Source: a virus
Taxonomy: Duplodnaviria > Caudoviricetes
IMG/VR virus record: IMGVR_UViG_2868946205_000003
Strand: one strand, 5' to 3'
DNA length: 64,000 bases
Shown here: piece by piece, positions 19,160-28,628 of the stretch
How positions within the stretch are numbered: the stretch's first letter is position 1
Layout: the number at the start of each line of letters is the position of its first letter
Position numbers and translations under genes: made by a program
The notes under the pieces: generated by a model
Seen by the model: the letters and a program-made list of their open reading frames with translations, nothing else
Database searches by the model: none
What the model was told of the DNA's origin: nothing

Positions 19160-19555
19160 ATGGGGATTTATGGTGAAACAGCCGTTGCTGTAGCGAGTAA
19201 TTTTATTTATGGGCAATCGCCGCAAGAGTGTTGGGAACATGAAATAACTCATTTCACTAGCAGTAAAGAAAGCAGGAAAAAAGGTTGTCCCAAATCTGCA
19301 TTTCTTGGGTTATGTCAGGATGGTTATATAAAAGATATCCCGAAAGGGAATTATTTACCGCCAGACAGTCCAAATAAAGAATACGCCGTAGCGGCTGCTG
19401 AAAGGTTATTAAGTGAACCAACCAGAAAATATTCTAAATCTGATTTATGGAAAAAAGCGACGGAACACTTTGATGAAGCCGCAAAAAATCAAAATGGTCA
19501 AATGGATGTTGTTCTGGCATTAAAAGACGCCGGATTACTACAGAAACCCGATTGA
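19160..19555 (+). CDS. Hypothetical protein (DUF6979-like)
   Basis: KKGCPKSAFLGLC and NGQMDVVLAL motifs (family recalled, unverified). Confidence 0.75.
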   Translation: MGIYGETAVAVASNFIYGQSPQECWEHEITHFTSSKESRKKGCPKSAFLGLCQDGYIKDIPKGNYLPPDSPNKEYAVAAAERLLSEPTRKYSKSDLWKKATEHFDEAAKNQNGQMDVVLALKDAGLLQKPD

Positions 19556-19626
19556 CCTGCCCGCCCATACGCGCTAAATTCGCGAAAGATACCGGAGTAT
19601 GCCTTAAAAAGCTGCTCCGGTTTTTT
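19552..19626 (+). promoter_or_regulatory. Late promoter (pR'-like) plus tR'-like terminator, copy 1
   Basis: TTGACC-17-TAAATT, then ACCGGAG...CTCCGGT hairpin and T run. Confidence 0.85.
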
Positions 19627-19672
19627 ATTGGTCAGTCCTCAAGCCTGCATGGTTCGCCCAGCAGGCTTTTTT
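19587..19672 (+). ncRNA. Candidate late-leader sRNA carrying an antisense seed ATTGGTCAGTCCT
   Basis: Seed 19627-19639 lies between two hairpin/U-tract elements and is the reverse complement of the repeated start motif; ends inferred. Confidence 0.5.
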
Positions 19673-19695
19673 ATTTCCTGCATATAGAGCGTGTT

Positions 19696-20289
19696 ATGTC
19701 CAAAATTCTCACCCTTTTAGATTACCGGGTCGCCGCGAGTGGTTTGGGGGTTCCGGTTGCCACGATTAAAGCTGTGACCGAAGTAGAAAGTAGCGGCAGC
19801 GGATTTCTATCGGATGGTCGGGTAAAAGTGCAATATGAACCGCATGTTATGTATCAGCAACTGACGAAACATTTCGGCGGTGCTCGGGCAAATACCGAAT
19901 TAGCGAAACATCCCGATCTGGTAGCGCGTAAACCGGGCAGTTACCAATCCCTAGATAAAGAAGATAAAGATATGGATCGGGCTGCGACTGTTATTGATCG
20001 CGGCTGCGCGTTGCAATCTGCATCGTGGGGAGCATTTCAGATCATGGGTTACCACTGGAAAACTTGCGGCTACCCGACATTACAAGCTTTCATTAACGCC
20101 CAATACATGGCAGCCGGGCAACTCGATTCGTTCGTGCGCTTTATTAAAGCGGATAACAAACTGCTATCGGCGCTGAAAAGTCGTGATTGGGCAACCTTCG
20201 CCCGAATTTACAACGGTCCAGCGTATGCCAAAAATCGCTATGACACCAAACTTGAGAGTGCATATGCCAAGTACCAGGGGGCTGTGTAA
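19696..20289 (+). CDS. Endolysin, N-acetylmuramidase (DUF3380-type)
   Basis: AVTEVESSGSGF, SASWGAFQIMGYH, WATFARIYNGP. Confidence 0.92.
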   Translation: MSKILTLLDYRVAASGLGVPVATIKAVTEVESSGSGFLSDGRVKVQYEPHVMYQQLTKHFGGARANTELAKHPDLVARKPGSYQSLDKEDKDMDRAATVIDRGCALQSASWGAFQIMGYHWKTCGYPTLQAFINAQYMAAGQLDSFVRFIKADNKLLSALKSRDWATFARIYNGPAYAKNRYDTKLESAYAKYQGAV

Positions 20290-20609
20290 TGGAATGGCTA
20301 TCCCGACTGTGGGAGCAATTTCAATGGGCGGTAGCCGGGCTCATTGGTGCACTGATATCTGTACCATTCCAGAGCGACTTAAGAACGGCACGCGGGATCG
20401 CGATCTTCGTTTTCACGGGTAGCGCCTGCGCCCACTACCTGACAGGCATTGTTGGCGATTATTTCAATATCAATCCTTCGTCGGCTGGCGGCATTGGCTT
20501 TCTTCTGGGGGCGTTCGGCGGTTCGCTGATTGCTGCCGTTATCAAGGCCATTGAAGCTGCCGATCTGTGGGGGCTTATCCGATCCCGATTTGGTGGAGGT
20601 GCCCAATGA
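20289..20609 (+). CDS. Holin
   Basis: Three TM segments, GIGFLLGAFGGSL; within the lysis cassette. Confidence 0.8.
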   Translation: MEWLSRLWEQFQWAVAGLIGALISVPFQSDLRTARGIAIFVFTGSACAHYLTGIVGDYFNINPSSAGGIGFLLGAFGGSLIAAVIKAIEAADLWGLIRSRFGGGAQ

Positions 20610-20848
20610 TTTTCACCATCGCCTACGTCACCATTCTTCTGTGGGCTGGGTGGTGCGTGTTCAGTGATCACGTTAAAGATGGGGTAATCGGCAAACTCAT
20701 GTATTCGGCACTTTCTATTTCGTGCATGGGGGCGCTGATTGGTGGAAGTGGATCAGATAGACAGGCCGATAGCATTATTTTGCTATGTATTGCGATGGTA
20801 GGCATTCGGCACTTTGTCCTAAAACAGCTTAATTTGTCTAAAAAATAG
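20606..20848 (+). CDS. Second lysis-cassette membrane protein
   Basis: GGAGG RBS, ATGA overlap, three hydrophobic segments. Confidence 0.75.
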   Translation: MIFTIAYVTILLWAGWCVFSDHVKDGVIGKLMYSALSISCMGALIGGSGSDRQADSIILLCIAMVGIRHFVLKQLNLSKK

Positions 20849-20932
20849 TCTTTCTGATGCCGTTTTGGCAACGCTACGTGAAATCTGAATTCCTCCCCTT
20901 CATCAATCTGTCCACTTTCTAACAGAGAAACC

Positions 20933-21475
20933 ATGTTAACCACGAAAATGAAAGCGCTGCTGTTATACGGCGGGTTGGCTGCTGCGTTCGGCGCAGGTTG
21001 GTATGTGCAGGGATTGCGGTGGGATACGGATATTGCGCAGCGGGATAAGCAGCAATCGAAAGATATCAGCGCCAGCCAGCAAGCGGTTATCGCCGGACAG
21101 TCGCTTCAGTTTCATCACTACAACGAAATCGCCAGGCAGGCGAATCAGTATGCCATCACCATCAAGGGTAAATCCGATGAAAAACAGATTATTTACCGAA
21201 CAGTTATCAAACATCATCCTGCTAGTCGTGAGTGTGTGCCTGATGATGTCGCTACTGGGCTGCTCGACTACGCGCACAGTCTACGTGCCAGCGCAATGCG
21301 TGCCACTGCCGGCGGAGCTGACACAACCGGTTCTGGTGCCGCTACCACCGAGTGCAGACTAACGTATGGGCAGGCGGTATATTGGATTGATCCGTTGCTG
21401 GCGACACTAGACAGAGCGCTAAATCAGTTGGCGGGGATACGGGAAATAGACTCCCAAAAAGATGATAATAAATAA
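20933..21475 (+). CDS. i-spanin (Rz-like)
   Basis: N-terminal TM (AFGAGWYVQGLRW) and helical periplasmic part. Confidence 0.85.
   Translation: MLTTKMKALLLYGGLAAAFGAGWYVQGLRWDTDIAQRDKQQSKDISASQQAVIAGQSLQFHHYNEIARQANQYAITIKGKSDEKQIIYRTVIKHHPASRECVPDDVATGLLDYAHSLRASAMRATAGGADTTGSGAATTECRLTYGQAVYWIDPLLATLDRALNQLAGIREIDSQKDDNK
21177..21362 (+). CDS. Embedded o-spanin lipoprotein (Rz1-like)
   Basis: +1 frame inside Rz; lipobox LLGC and Pro-rich mature part. Confidence 0.8.
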   Translation: MKNRLFTEQLSNIILLVVSVCLMMSLLGCSTTRTVYVPAQCVPLPAELTQPVLVPLPPSAD

Positions 21476-21591
21476 CACATTACTGAGCGTTAAATTTATT
21501 TTCTCGGAAAAGACACTTTTTTTGCTGAAACACTTCGGCCTCTTTTTTCATGTGGTAGCGTAGTTATATACCAACTAACAAAGAGACTGAT

Positions 21592-21912
21592 ATGACAACA
21601 AAACTTTCTGCATCACAAAAAATTATCGAAATGGATGATAAATATACCGCTTCAGTGGCCTTATGCGCCGTTGGTATTTATGCAGCAATTAAAACTTATG
21701 AAAATGAATCTTATGTAGCATGTGCACTGGTAATCCTTTGTACAGTGATTCGCGCCTGTGCTTTGGGCCATGTAGTAATTGCCGATTTACAGAGCTTTGT
21801 GCCAAAAAGCAGCTCGTGGTATCAAAATATTCAGTTGTTGTTGATGCTTCTTGTGACTGAATTCGGCTTGATACTTGCCTTTGGCCTTGCTTTTACTGGA
21901 TTATTTAAATAA
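21592..21912 (+). CDS. AT-rich membrane protein (moron)
   Basis: About three TM segments; followed by a terminator at ~21933-21962. Confidence 0.7.
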   Translation: MTTKLSASQKIIEMDDKYTASVALCAVGIYAAIKTYENESYVACALVILCTVIRACALGHVVIADLQSFVPKSSSWYQNIQLLLMLLVTEFGLILAFGLAFTGLFK

Positions 21913-21983
21913 GACTTTTGATATTCAATATATAGCCTCAGCATCCGCTGGGGCTTTTTTTCGTCCTAACAAAAGGTAATCCC

Positions 21984-22874
21984 ATGACACAAGTCACTGA
22001 TCAACACATTGAGAAAGAGATTCAGGCGAAGGGCTTAACCGCGCCGCGTGTTACACCTGACCACATTGAAGGCATTATTGTTGCTGAGCACTTTTTTTCA
22101 GCAGCAGAAGGGTTGGGGGGCGCTTGTGATGGTCACAAACTCCTTAACCCGATTAACGGAAATCTTCACCTGCTGACCTTCTGCGTCCTGGTATTGCGTA
22201 ATGGCTTTACCGTCACTGGCGAATCAGCCTGCGCATCACCTGAAAACTTCGACCCTGAGATTGGCCGTAAGATTGCACGCCAGAATGCGGTTAACAAAAT
22301 CTGGCAGTTGGAAGGCTATTTGCTTAAACAGCGCCTTTATGAGCAATCGCTTTCGGAGCCGTTGCCCGATGATGTTGAATCTACCACCTTGCCTCGTGAC
22401 CAGTGCGTGAAAATCAATGGTATCCCGTTTTCCCTGCTGGAGGAGGTTAAGGCAATTACAGGTAAAGGCGGAACAGCACTGGCGTTTGAAAATCTGCCGG
22501 GTGTCGGTGTGGGTAATTCCGAGGCCGAAGACAGAGGATATAGCATTGACCTGATTGCCAGAATATCTCACGAAATCAACCGCGCCTACTGCGCAGCCCT
22601 AGGAGATGGTAGTCAAATGTCGTGGGACGATGCACCAGATTGGCAGAAAGATAGTGCTCGCCTCGGCGTAGAATTCCATCTCAATGGTGAGCACGGCCCA
22701 GAAGCGTCACATAATAGTTGGTTGGCTCAGAAACAGGCTGAAGGTTGGGTATATGGGCCAGTGAAAGACGCCGAGAAGAAAGAACACCCGTGCTTTGTCC
22801 CGTATGACCAGCTTCCTAAAGAGCAGCAGGTGAAAGATTACCTGTTTCGCGCTGTAGTCCACGCATTCAAGTGA
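21984..22874 (+). CDS. Gp49(Phage_gp49_66)-family domain fused to an RyR domain
   Basis: LTFCVLVLRNGFTVTGESACASPENFDPEIGRKIA...LEGYLL; C-terminal HNSWLAQKQAEGWVYGPVKDAEKKEHPCFVPYDQLP. Confidence 0.9.
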   Translation: MTQVTDQHIEKEIQAKGLTAPRVTPDHIEGIIVAEHFFSAAEGLGGACDGHKLLNPINGNLHLLTFCVLVLRNGFTVTGESACASPENFDPEIGRKIARQNAVNKIWQLEGYLLKQRLYEQSLSEPLPDDVESTTLPRDQCVKINGIPFSLLEEVKAITGKGGTALAFENLPGVGVGNSEAEDRGYSIDLIARISHEINRAYCAALGDGSQMSWDDAPDWQKDSARLGVEFHLNGEHGPEASHNSWLAQKQAEGWVYGPVKDAEKKEHPCFVPYDQLPKEQQVKDYLFRAVVHAFK

Positions 22875-22938
22875 TTCATCAGGCATTCCAGAGTCACTTC
22901 CCAGAGGTGGCTCGATAATGCTTACTCAGTAGGACGCT

Positions 22939-23808
22939 ATGGCAAAGTACGATTGGAAAAAGCTACTGGCCGATTATGCCGCTGCATATTTAGCAACGGG
23001 AATCTCCCCAGTAGAGTGGTGCGCTCAGAATGACGTACCGTATAGCTCTGCGAAGCGTCACATCACGATAAAGGCTGCGACGGATTTTATTAAACAGAAT
23101 TCGCAAACTCTCTGTTCGCAAGAAAGTGATTCGCACATTCGCAAAGAGAAAAGCGCGAATCGCAAAAGCGAGAAAAAGCGCGGTAATTCTGGTGATAATG
23201 ACACTCAGGAATCAGCAAACACAGATGCTACCAGCAGCGAGGCCTCAGCACACGAAACGAAAAGGCACGGCAGGGATTCCAGTGGTCGCTTTACTGAGGG
23301 AAACCCCGGCAATACGGGCGTGCCGACAAACGCATTTCCGCGCGGTAATCAATTCGCCAGAACACATGGTGCTTATGCTAAATATCTGGATGCCGATGAA
23401 CTGTTCGATGCAGCTAAGGATTCCGATCTGCGGGATGAGCTGATTTTCACCCGCGCGCGTGCATTATCAGTGACGAAAACGCTGAACAAAATCATGGAGG
23501 ATTTGCAGAACGCGGAATCGGTCGAAGCGCGTATCGAGCTTTACGATAAGTTCATCAAGGCCGAGCAAGGGCTTGATCGCAACATTGCCCGGATTGAGTC
23601 GATCGAGAACAGCCTGAGTAAATTACAGCTGGATGCGGTGAATATTCCGCGCCTGAGTGCTGACACGCTGCGTATTAAGGCGGCTACCGCCAAGCTGAAA
23701 GCGGAGACAGAGAAGTTAACGGCGGAAAGCAAGGATGTGACGACGCCGCTAACCGATGTGGTGCGTGATATTCATGCTATGCCGGATGATGGAATGCTGG
23801 CGCAATGA
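22939..23808 (+). CDS. Terminase small subunit (933W-like)
   Basis: GNQFARTHGAYA motif; overlaps TerL. Confidence 0.85.
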   Translation: MAKYDWKKLLADYAAAYLATGISPVEWCAQNDVPYSSAKRHITIKAATDFIKQNSQTLCSQESDSHIRKEKSANRKSEKKRGNSGDNDTQESANTDATSSEASAHETKRHGRDSSGRFTEGNPGNTGVPTNAFPRGNQFARTHGAYAKYLDADELFDAAKDSDLRDELIFTRARALSVTKTLNKIMEDLQNAESVEARIELYDKFIKAEQGLDRNIARIESIENSLSKLQLDAVNIPRLSADTLRIKAATAKLKAETEKLTAESKDVTTPLTDVVRDIHAMPDDGMLAQ

Positions 23809-25520
23809 CGACACCGCACTATGATGCCAGTCTCGCAGAAGACGAGCTGGACGGAATGACCGAGGCGCAGCAGCGCCTTTTTATTTTGTCAAAATTGAGC
23901 AATCCGTGGTGGCGGCTCAACAATCTGTACAAGATCGAGAATGAAAAAGGCCAATTGGTCACGTTTCGGATGCGTCCGGCACAGCGTCGTTTGTTCAAGC
24001 ACATGCATTACCGCAACATCATTCTTAAGGCGCGTCAGCTCGGTTTCTCCACTGCGATTGATATCTACCTGCTCGATCAGGCGCTATTCAACAAGAACAT
24101 CAAGTGCGGGATCATTGCGCAGGATAAGACCGCCGCGGGCGAAATCTTCCGTACCAAGATATCGATACCGTTCGACAATCTACCTGGCTGGTTACGTTCA
24201 TCTTTCAAGATTACCGAGCGACGCAGCGGGGCGAATGGCGGCTATATCCTGTTTTCTCACGGCTCCAGCATTCAGGTAGCCACGTCTTTCCGCTCAGGTA
24301 CGGTTCAGCGTCTGCACATTTCTGAGCATGGAAAAATCTGCGCCAAGTATCCGGCGAAAGCCAAAGAGGTGCGAACCGGTACGCTGAACGCGGTGCATGA
24401 CGGCTGCATCGTGTTTGACGAATCCACGGCGGAAGGTGTGGGCGGCGACTTCCATACCATGAGCACGAGGGCGCTTGAACTGGCGCAATCCGGCGTTGAT
24501 CTGACGATGCAGGATTACAAGTTTCATTTCTATCCGTGGTTTGACGATCCGAAATACGTTGCACCCGTTCCGGCCGGAGGTCTGCGCCTGAGTAAATATC
24601 ATCAGGAATATTTTGCTGCAGTGGAAGCGGCAACGCGTGCCACGCTGAGTGCTGAGCAAAAGCAGTGGTATATCCGCAAAGAGGTCGAGCAGGGTGAGGA
24701 AATGAAACAGGAATTTCCTTCCACGCCGCAGGAAGCCTTCTTAACCTCTGGCCGCCGTGTGTTCCCTGCGATCAATGTGATGTATGCCGAAGGGCGTTGT
24801 AGCCCACCGCTGATTGTCTATGACGTAGAGCCGGAAACCGGTAAGCGCACAAAGGTGCAGGCACTGCGTGGCGGCGATAAAGAAGAACTTCAGCGCACGT
24901 TGCAAAATCATCTACTAGTCTGGGAATTGCCGGATCCCGATGAAGATTACGCTATCGGTGCGGATATCGCCGAAGGACTGGAAAACGGTGACCGATCTTC
25001 ATTTGATGTCGTGAAGAAATCGACAGGCGAACAGGTAGCGCATTGGTTCGGTCATCTGGATGCTGAATTGTTCGCGCAACTGCTGGCGCACATCGGCAAG
25101 TGGTACAACACCGCCTACATCGGACCAGAACGAAATAACCACGGTCATGCGGTATTGCAGAAGTTGCGTGATATTTACCCCGTCCGCGCTATTTATGCCG
25201 AGCAGCACCTCGATCGCGATAACGACGATGAAACGCCGAAGCTGGGCTGGCTGACGACCAAGCAGAGTAAGCCGGTGGTAACTGAGGGGCTGAAAACGTT
25301 ACTGCGTGAAAAGGCCAGCGGCATTCGTTGGATCGGCACAATCAATGAACTGAATACCTATGTCTATGACGCTAAAGGCAGCATGGGCGCACAAACCGGT
25401 TGTTTCGATGACCAGGTGATGAGCTATGCCATTGCGCAGGAAATGCGTGCTCGTATGCCAGCCAGACCGAAACTGAAACCTATCGACCGTTCTAAACCTA
25501 CTCACTGGATGTCACATTAA
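23805..25520 (+). CDS. Terminase large subunit
   Basis: ILKARQLGFST, ESTAEG, nuclease IGADIAEG and FDDQVMS. Confidence 0.95.
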   Translation: MTTPHYDASLAEDELDGMTEAQQRLFILSKLSNPWWRLNNLYKIENEKGQLVTFRMRPAQRRLFKHMHYRNIILKARQLGFSTAIDIYLLDQALFNKNIKCGIIAQDKTAAGEIFRTKISIPFDNLPGWLRSSFKITERRSGANGGYILFSHGSSIQVATSFRSGTVQRLHISEHGKICAKYPAKAKEVRTGTLNAVHDGCIVFDESTAEGVGGDFHTMSTRALELAQSGVDLTMQDYKFHFYPWFDDPKYVAPVPAGGLRLSKYHQEYFAAVEAATRATLSAEQKQWYIRKEVEQGEEMKQEFPSTPQEAFLTSGRRVFPAINVMYAEGRCSPPLIVYDVEPETGKRTKVQALRGGDKEELQRTLQNHLLVWELPDPDEDYAIGADIAEGLENGDRSSFDVVKKSTGEQVAHWFGHLDAELFAQLLAHIGKWYNTAYIGPERNNHGHAVLQKLRDIYPVRAIYAEQHLDRDNDDETPKLGWLTTKQSKPVVTEGLKTLLREKASGIRWIGTINELNTYVYDAKGSMGAQTGCFDDQVMSYAIAQEMRARMPARPKLKPIDRSKPTHWMSH

Positions 25521-27652
25521 TGAACACAGCCGCTATTGAAGCTGAGGCCAAGCCACAGCAGCAGGATAATCGCGATCGTTTTACGCAGCGTCAATTACTG
25601 GATATTTCATCGGATATTGACGCGCAACCGGACTGGCGTACTACGGCAAATACCGCCTGTGCGTATTACGACGGCGATCAGCTTGCACCGGAAGTGGTGG
25701 CGAAGCTGCGCGAGCGCGGCCAGCCGCTGACTATGCACAATCTTATCGCGCCAACCATCGATGGCGTATTGGGCATGGAGGCGAAGACACGCACGGATTT
25801 AATGGTTATCGCTGACGATCCCGATGAGGAAATGGAACAACTGGCCGATGCGGTCAATGCGGAGTTTTCTGACGTCTGTCGCTTGTCGAATATAAATAAG
25901 GCGCGTTCTGATGCTTACGCTGAGCAGATCAAGGCGGGGTTGTCGTGGGTTGAGGTGCGTCGCAATAGCGATCTGTTTGGTTCGCGTTACAAGGTCGGGA
26001 CCGTTCACCGCAATGAAGTGTTTTGGGACTGGCATAGTCGCGAGGCCGACATGAGTGATTGCCGTTGGCTGATGCGCAAGCGCTGGTTGGACGTGGATGA
26101 AGTGAAAGCGACCTTTCCTAATATGTCACAGGTTATCGACTACTCGATCAATGAGTGGCGCGGGTTTGTGGATACTGATATTGCCGAAGGGCAAGAGTCC
26201 GCCTTAATCAGTGCTTATGACGAATATCAGCAGTGGAGCCGCAAGGATACGGAATGGGTATCCGCAAACCGTAAGCGCGTTATGTTGCAGGTGATCTACT
26301 ATCGCACATACCAGCGGGTGCCGGTGCTTGAACTGTCCAATGGTCGCGTTATCCAATTTGATAAAAACAATGTGATGCACGCCGTGGCGCTGGCGACTGG
26401 ACGTGTGTCGGTGGTGATGTCTCGCGTTAGTCGGATTCGCGAAGCGTGGTTTGTCGGGCCGCACTTTCTGGGTGACCGCTTGTGTTCCGCGCCACAAGGC
26501 ATGTTCCCGTTAGTGCCGTTCTGGGGCTATCGTAAGGACAAAACGGGTGCACCGTATGGTCTAGCCTGCCGTGCGATCCCTGCTCAGGATGAAGTGAACT
26601 TCCGCCGTATCAAATTAACCTGGCTGCTACAGGCCAAGCGCATCATCAAGGATGCTGATGCGACAAATATGACAGATAAGCAGTTGGCTGAAGAAGTTGA
26701 ACGCCCGGATGGCGTGATTAACCTCAATCCTAACAGGCACAATAAAACGACCGCCGCCGATGCGCTGAATATTCAGCAAGATTTTCAGGTAGCGCAGCAG
26801 CAGTTCCAGGTCATGCAGGAAAGTATGAAACTGATTCAGGATGGCATGGGGGTGTACTCAGCATTTCTGGGGCAGGATACCAGTGCTTCTTCTGGTGTGG
26901 CGATCAGTAATCTGGTCGAGCAAGGCGCTACAACACTGGCGGAAATCAACGATAACTATCAGTTTGCCTGCCAGCAGGTTGGGCAATTGCTGCTGTCGTA
27001 TTTGCTGGAGGATCTGACGCGCCGGCGGAATTATTCCGTTGTGGTGAACCGTGACGATCCTCGTCGCCGCAAGTCCGTCACCATCAATGAAGAATCCGAG
27101 GTCGATGGCGGCATGACTAACGATATTTCCCGCCTGCGTGCGCATATTGCGCTTGCGCCGATCCAGCAAACCCCAGCCTATAAATCGCAACTGGCCGAGC
27201 GTATGTCGCAAGTCATCACCGGCTTGCCGCCGCAGGTACAAGCCACGGTGCTGGATATGTGGGTCGAGTTGTTAGACGTGCCGAAGAAAGCCGAGTTTAT
27301 CGAACGTATCCGCAGTGCGCTGGGTACGCCGAAAGCGCCGGATGAAATGACACCTGAAGAACAGCAGGCGGCTCAGCAGCAACAGCAGTTGCAGGCGCAG
27401 CAGCAAGACCTGGCGATGCGTGAGATAGCAGGGAAGGTGGCAAAACTGGAGGCCGAGGCGCAACGTATTGCGGCGGCGGCTCAGCGTGAGCAAATCTTAA
27501 CAAGCAGCCAGCGCTTTGATGATGCGAAAACGCAGGCAGAAACGGGTCGCATTCTTCAGGATATGGAGAACACGACGCGGGAGGTTGAGGTATTGAATAC
27601 GCAGATGATGCAGACCATTCAGGGACAGATTGATTCAATTCCGATAGACTAA
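25520..27652 (+). CDS. Portal protein (933W/P22-like)
   Basis: 710 aa after TerL; YYDGDQL, NLIAPTIDGVLG, C-terminal Q-rich helix. Confidence 0.92.
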   Translation: MNTAAIEAEAKPQQQDNRDRFTQRQLLDISSDIDAQPDWRTTANTACAYYDGDQLAPEVVAKLRERGQPLTMHNLIAPTIDGVLGMEAKTRTDLMVIADDPDEEMEQLADAVNAEFSDVCRLSNINKARSDAYAEQIKAGLSWVEVRRNSDLFGSRYKVGTVHRNEVFWDWHSREADMSDCRWLMRKRWLDVDEVKATFPNMSQVIDYSINEWRGFVDTDIAEGQESALISAYDEYQQWSRKDTEWVSANRKRVMLQVIYYRTYQRVPVLELSNGRVIQFDKNNVMHAVALATGRVSVVMSRVSRIREAWFVGPHFLGDRLCSAPQGMFPLVPFWGYRKDKTGAPYGLACRAIPAQDEVNFRRIKLTWLLQAKRIIKDADATNMTDKQLAEEVERPDGVINLNPNRHNKTTAADALNIQQDFQVAQQQFQVMQESMKLIQDGMGVYSAFLGQDTSASSGVAISNLVEQGATTLAEINDNYQFACQQVGQLLLSYLLEDLTRRRNYSVVVNRDDPRRRKSVTINEESEVDGGMTNDISRLRAHIALAPIQQTPAYKSQLAERMSQVITGLPPQVQATVLDMWVELLDVPKKAEFIERIRSALGTPKAPDEMTPEEQQAAQQQQQLQAQQQDLAMREIAGKVAKLEAEAQRIAAAAQREQILTSSQRFDDAKTQAETGRILQDMENTTREVEVLNTQMMQTIQGQIDSIPID

Positions 27653-27679
27653 ATTAGTCTAATGAATAAGGAGATTTTT

Positions 27680-28507
27680 GTGGGTATTATTTACCATTAT
27701 TGCAGCCCTGAAGCATTTATTAGTATTGCCAAGAATAAAAAATTGTGGTTAAGCGCTACTAATAATATGAATGATTCGGCAGAGGGGGTGTGGTTGATAG
27801 AGACATTAAAAAAAGTATTATCTATCAATGTCAATTCAATTAATCGTTCTTCTCGTGATTATATTTACAACCATTTGTTCTTAAACAATAACATAAAGTT
27901 CATTTCGTGCTTCTCTAAAGAAAATGATCTGCTAAGTCAGTGGAGAGCGTATGCCCAAGACGGAGAAGGTGTTGCTATAGGATTCGATGAAGATAAGTTT
28001 GAATTGTCTTCTGGGTTTGCATCTAATCATCCAGACCCAAAGGAAAGCATAAAGATAAATGATGTTTTATATTTAAATAATGTCGAGCTAGAGGCCGCGA
28101 TTATTCAGATATTAAGAAAACACGGCATTATCCTCAGTGATGGGAAAGATGAAATCTCATCAGAGATGTTAGTCAAACTAAGCGCTGAATTAAGTTTTTT
28201 ATCCACAATAGTTAAAAATGTATCATTTAAAGAAGAAAAAGAAAAAAGAATTACATATTCAACCTTAGTAATGGGGAATGGTGAGGACAATAGTACAGTA
28301 ATACTCTATCCATTCGGTGAGATGCATTATCGTATATCCGGTTCTTTTCTAACTTCATATTTTGAATTTGGTTTTAAAAATGATGCGATTGTTGAAACAA
28401 TTCGCGGGCCTAAAAATAAATTCTCTCAGTATGATATTGAAACTTTTATGGGATTAAATGGATTAGGATTGGCACGAGCTCATAGAAGTACTGCAACCTA
28501 CAGGTAG
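27680..28507 (+). CDS. DUF2971-like protein, AT-rich moron
   Basis: IYHYCS, MNDSAEG, CFSKENDLLSQWRAYA, FKEEKEKR; GTG start after AAGGAG. Confidence 0.88.
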   Translation: MGIIYHYCSPEAFISIAKNKKLWLSATNNMNDSAEGVWLIETLKKVLSINVNSINRSSRDYIYNHLFLNNNIKFISCFSKENDLLSQWRAYAQDGEGVAIGFDEDKFELSSGFASNHPDPKESIKINDVLYLNNVELEAAIIQILRKHGIILSDGKDEISSEMLVKLSAELSFLSTIVKNVSFKEEKEKRITYSTLVMGNGEDNSTVILYPFGEMHYRISGSFLTSYFEFGFKNDAIVETIRGPKNKFSQYDIETFMGLNGLGLARAHRSTATYR

Positions 28508-28510
28508 AGG

Positions 28511-28628
28511 TTGCTTTGAGCATGAATACGCGCTAAATTCGCGAAAGATACCGGAGTATGCCTTAAAAAGCTGCTCCGGTTTTTTTATACCACAAAATCA
28601 GTATCGGCCACCTTCGGGTGGTTTTTTT
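28511..28628 (+). promoter_or_regulatory. Second late promoter plus terminators (copy 2)
   Basis: TTGCTT-17-TAAATT; 28526-28585 identical to 19567-19626; second hairpin CCACC-TTCG-GGTGG-T7. Confidence 0.85.

Noticed and set aside
1364-19639. Repeated motif as a CRISPR array or integron attC series
   Set aside because: Copies are irregularly spaced by whole genes, lie on both strands and are not palindromic; no cas or integron integrase is present
20858-20923. 21-codon ORF MPFWQRYVKSEFLPFINLSTF in the lysis cassette
   Set aside because: No RBS and no supporting evidence
21345-21475. Apparent frameshift moving an o-spanin-like tail (TYGQAVYW...GIREID) into the Rz frame
   Set aside because: I recall intact Rz homologues with this same C-terminus and there is no slippery site, so it is not called a lesion; a homologue alignment would settle it
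27360-27405. CAG-rich tract in the portal gene
   Set aside because: Encodes the usual Q-rich helical barrel of P22-like portals
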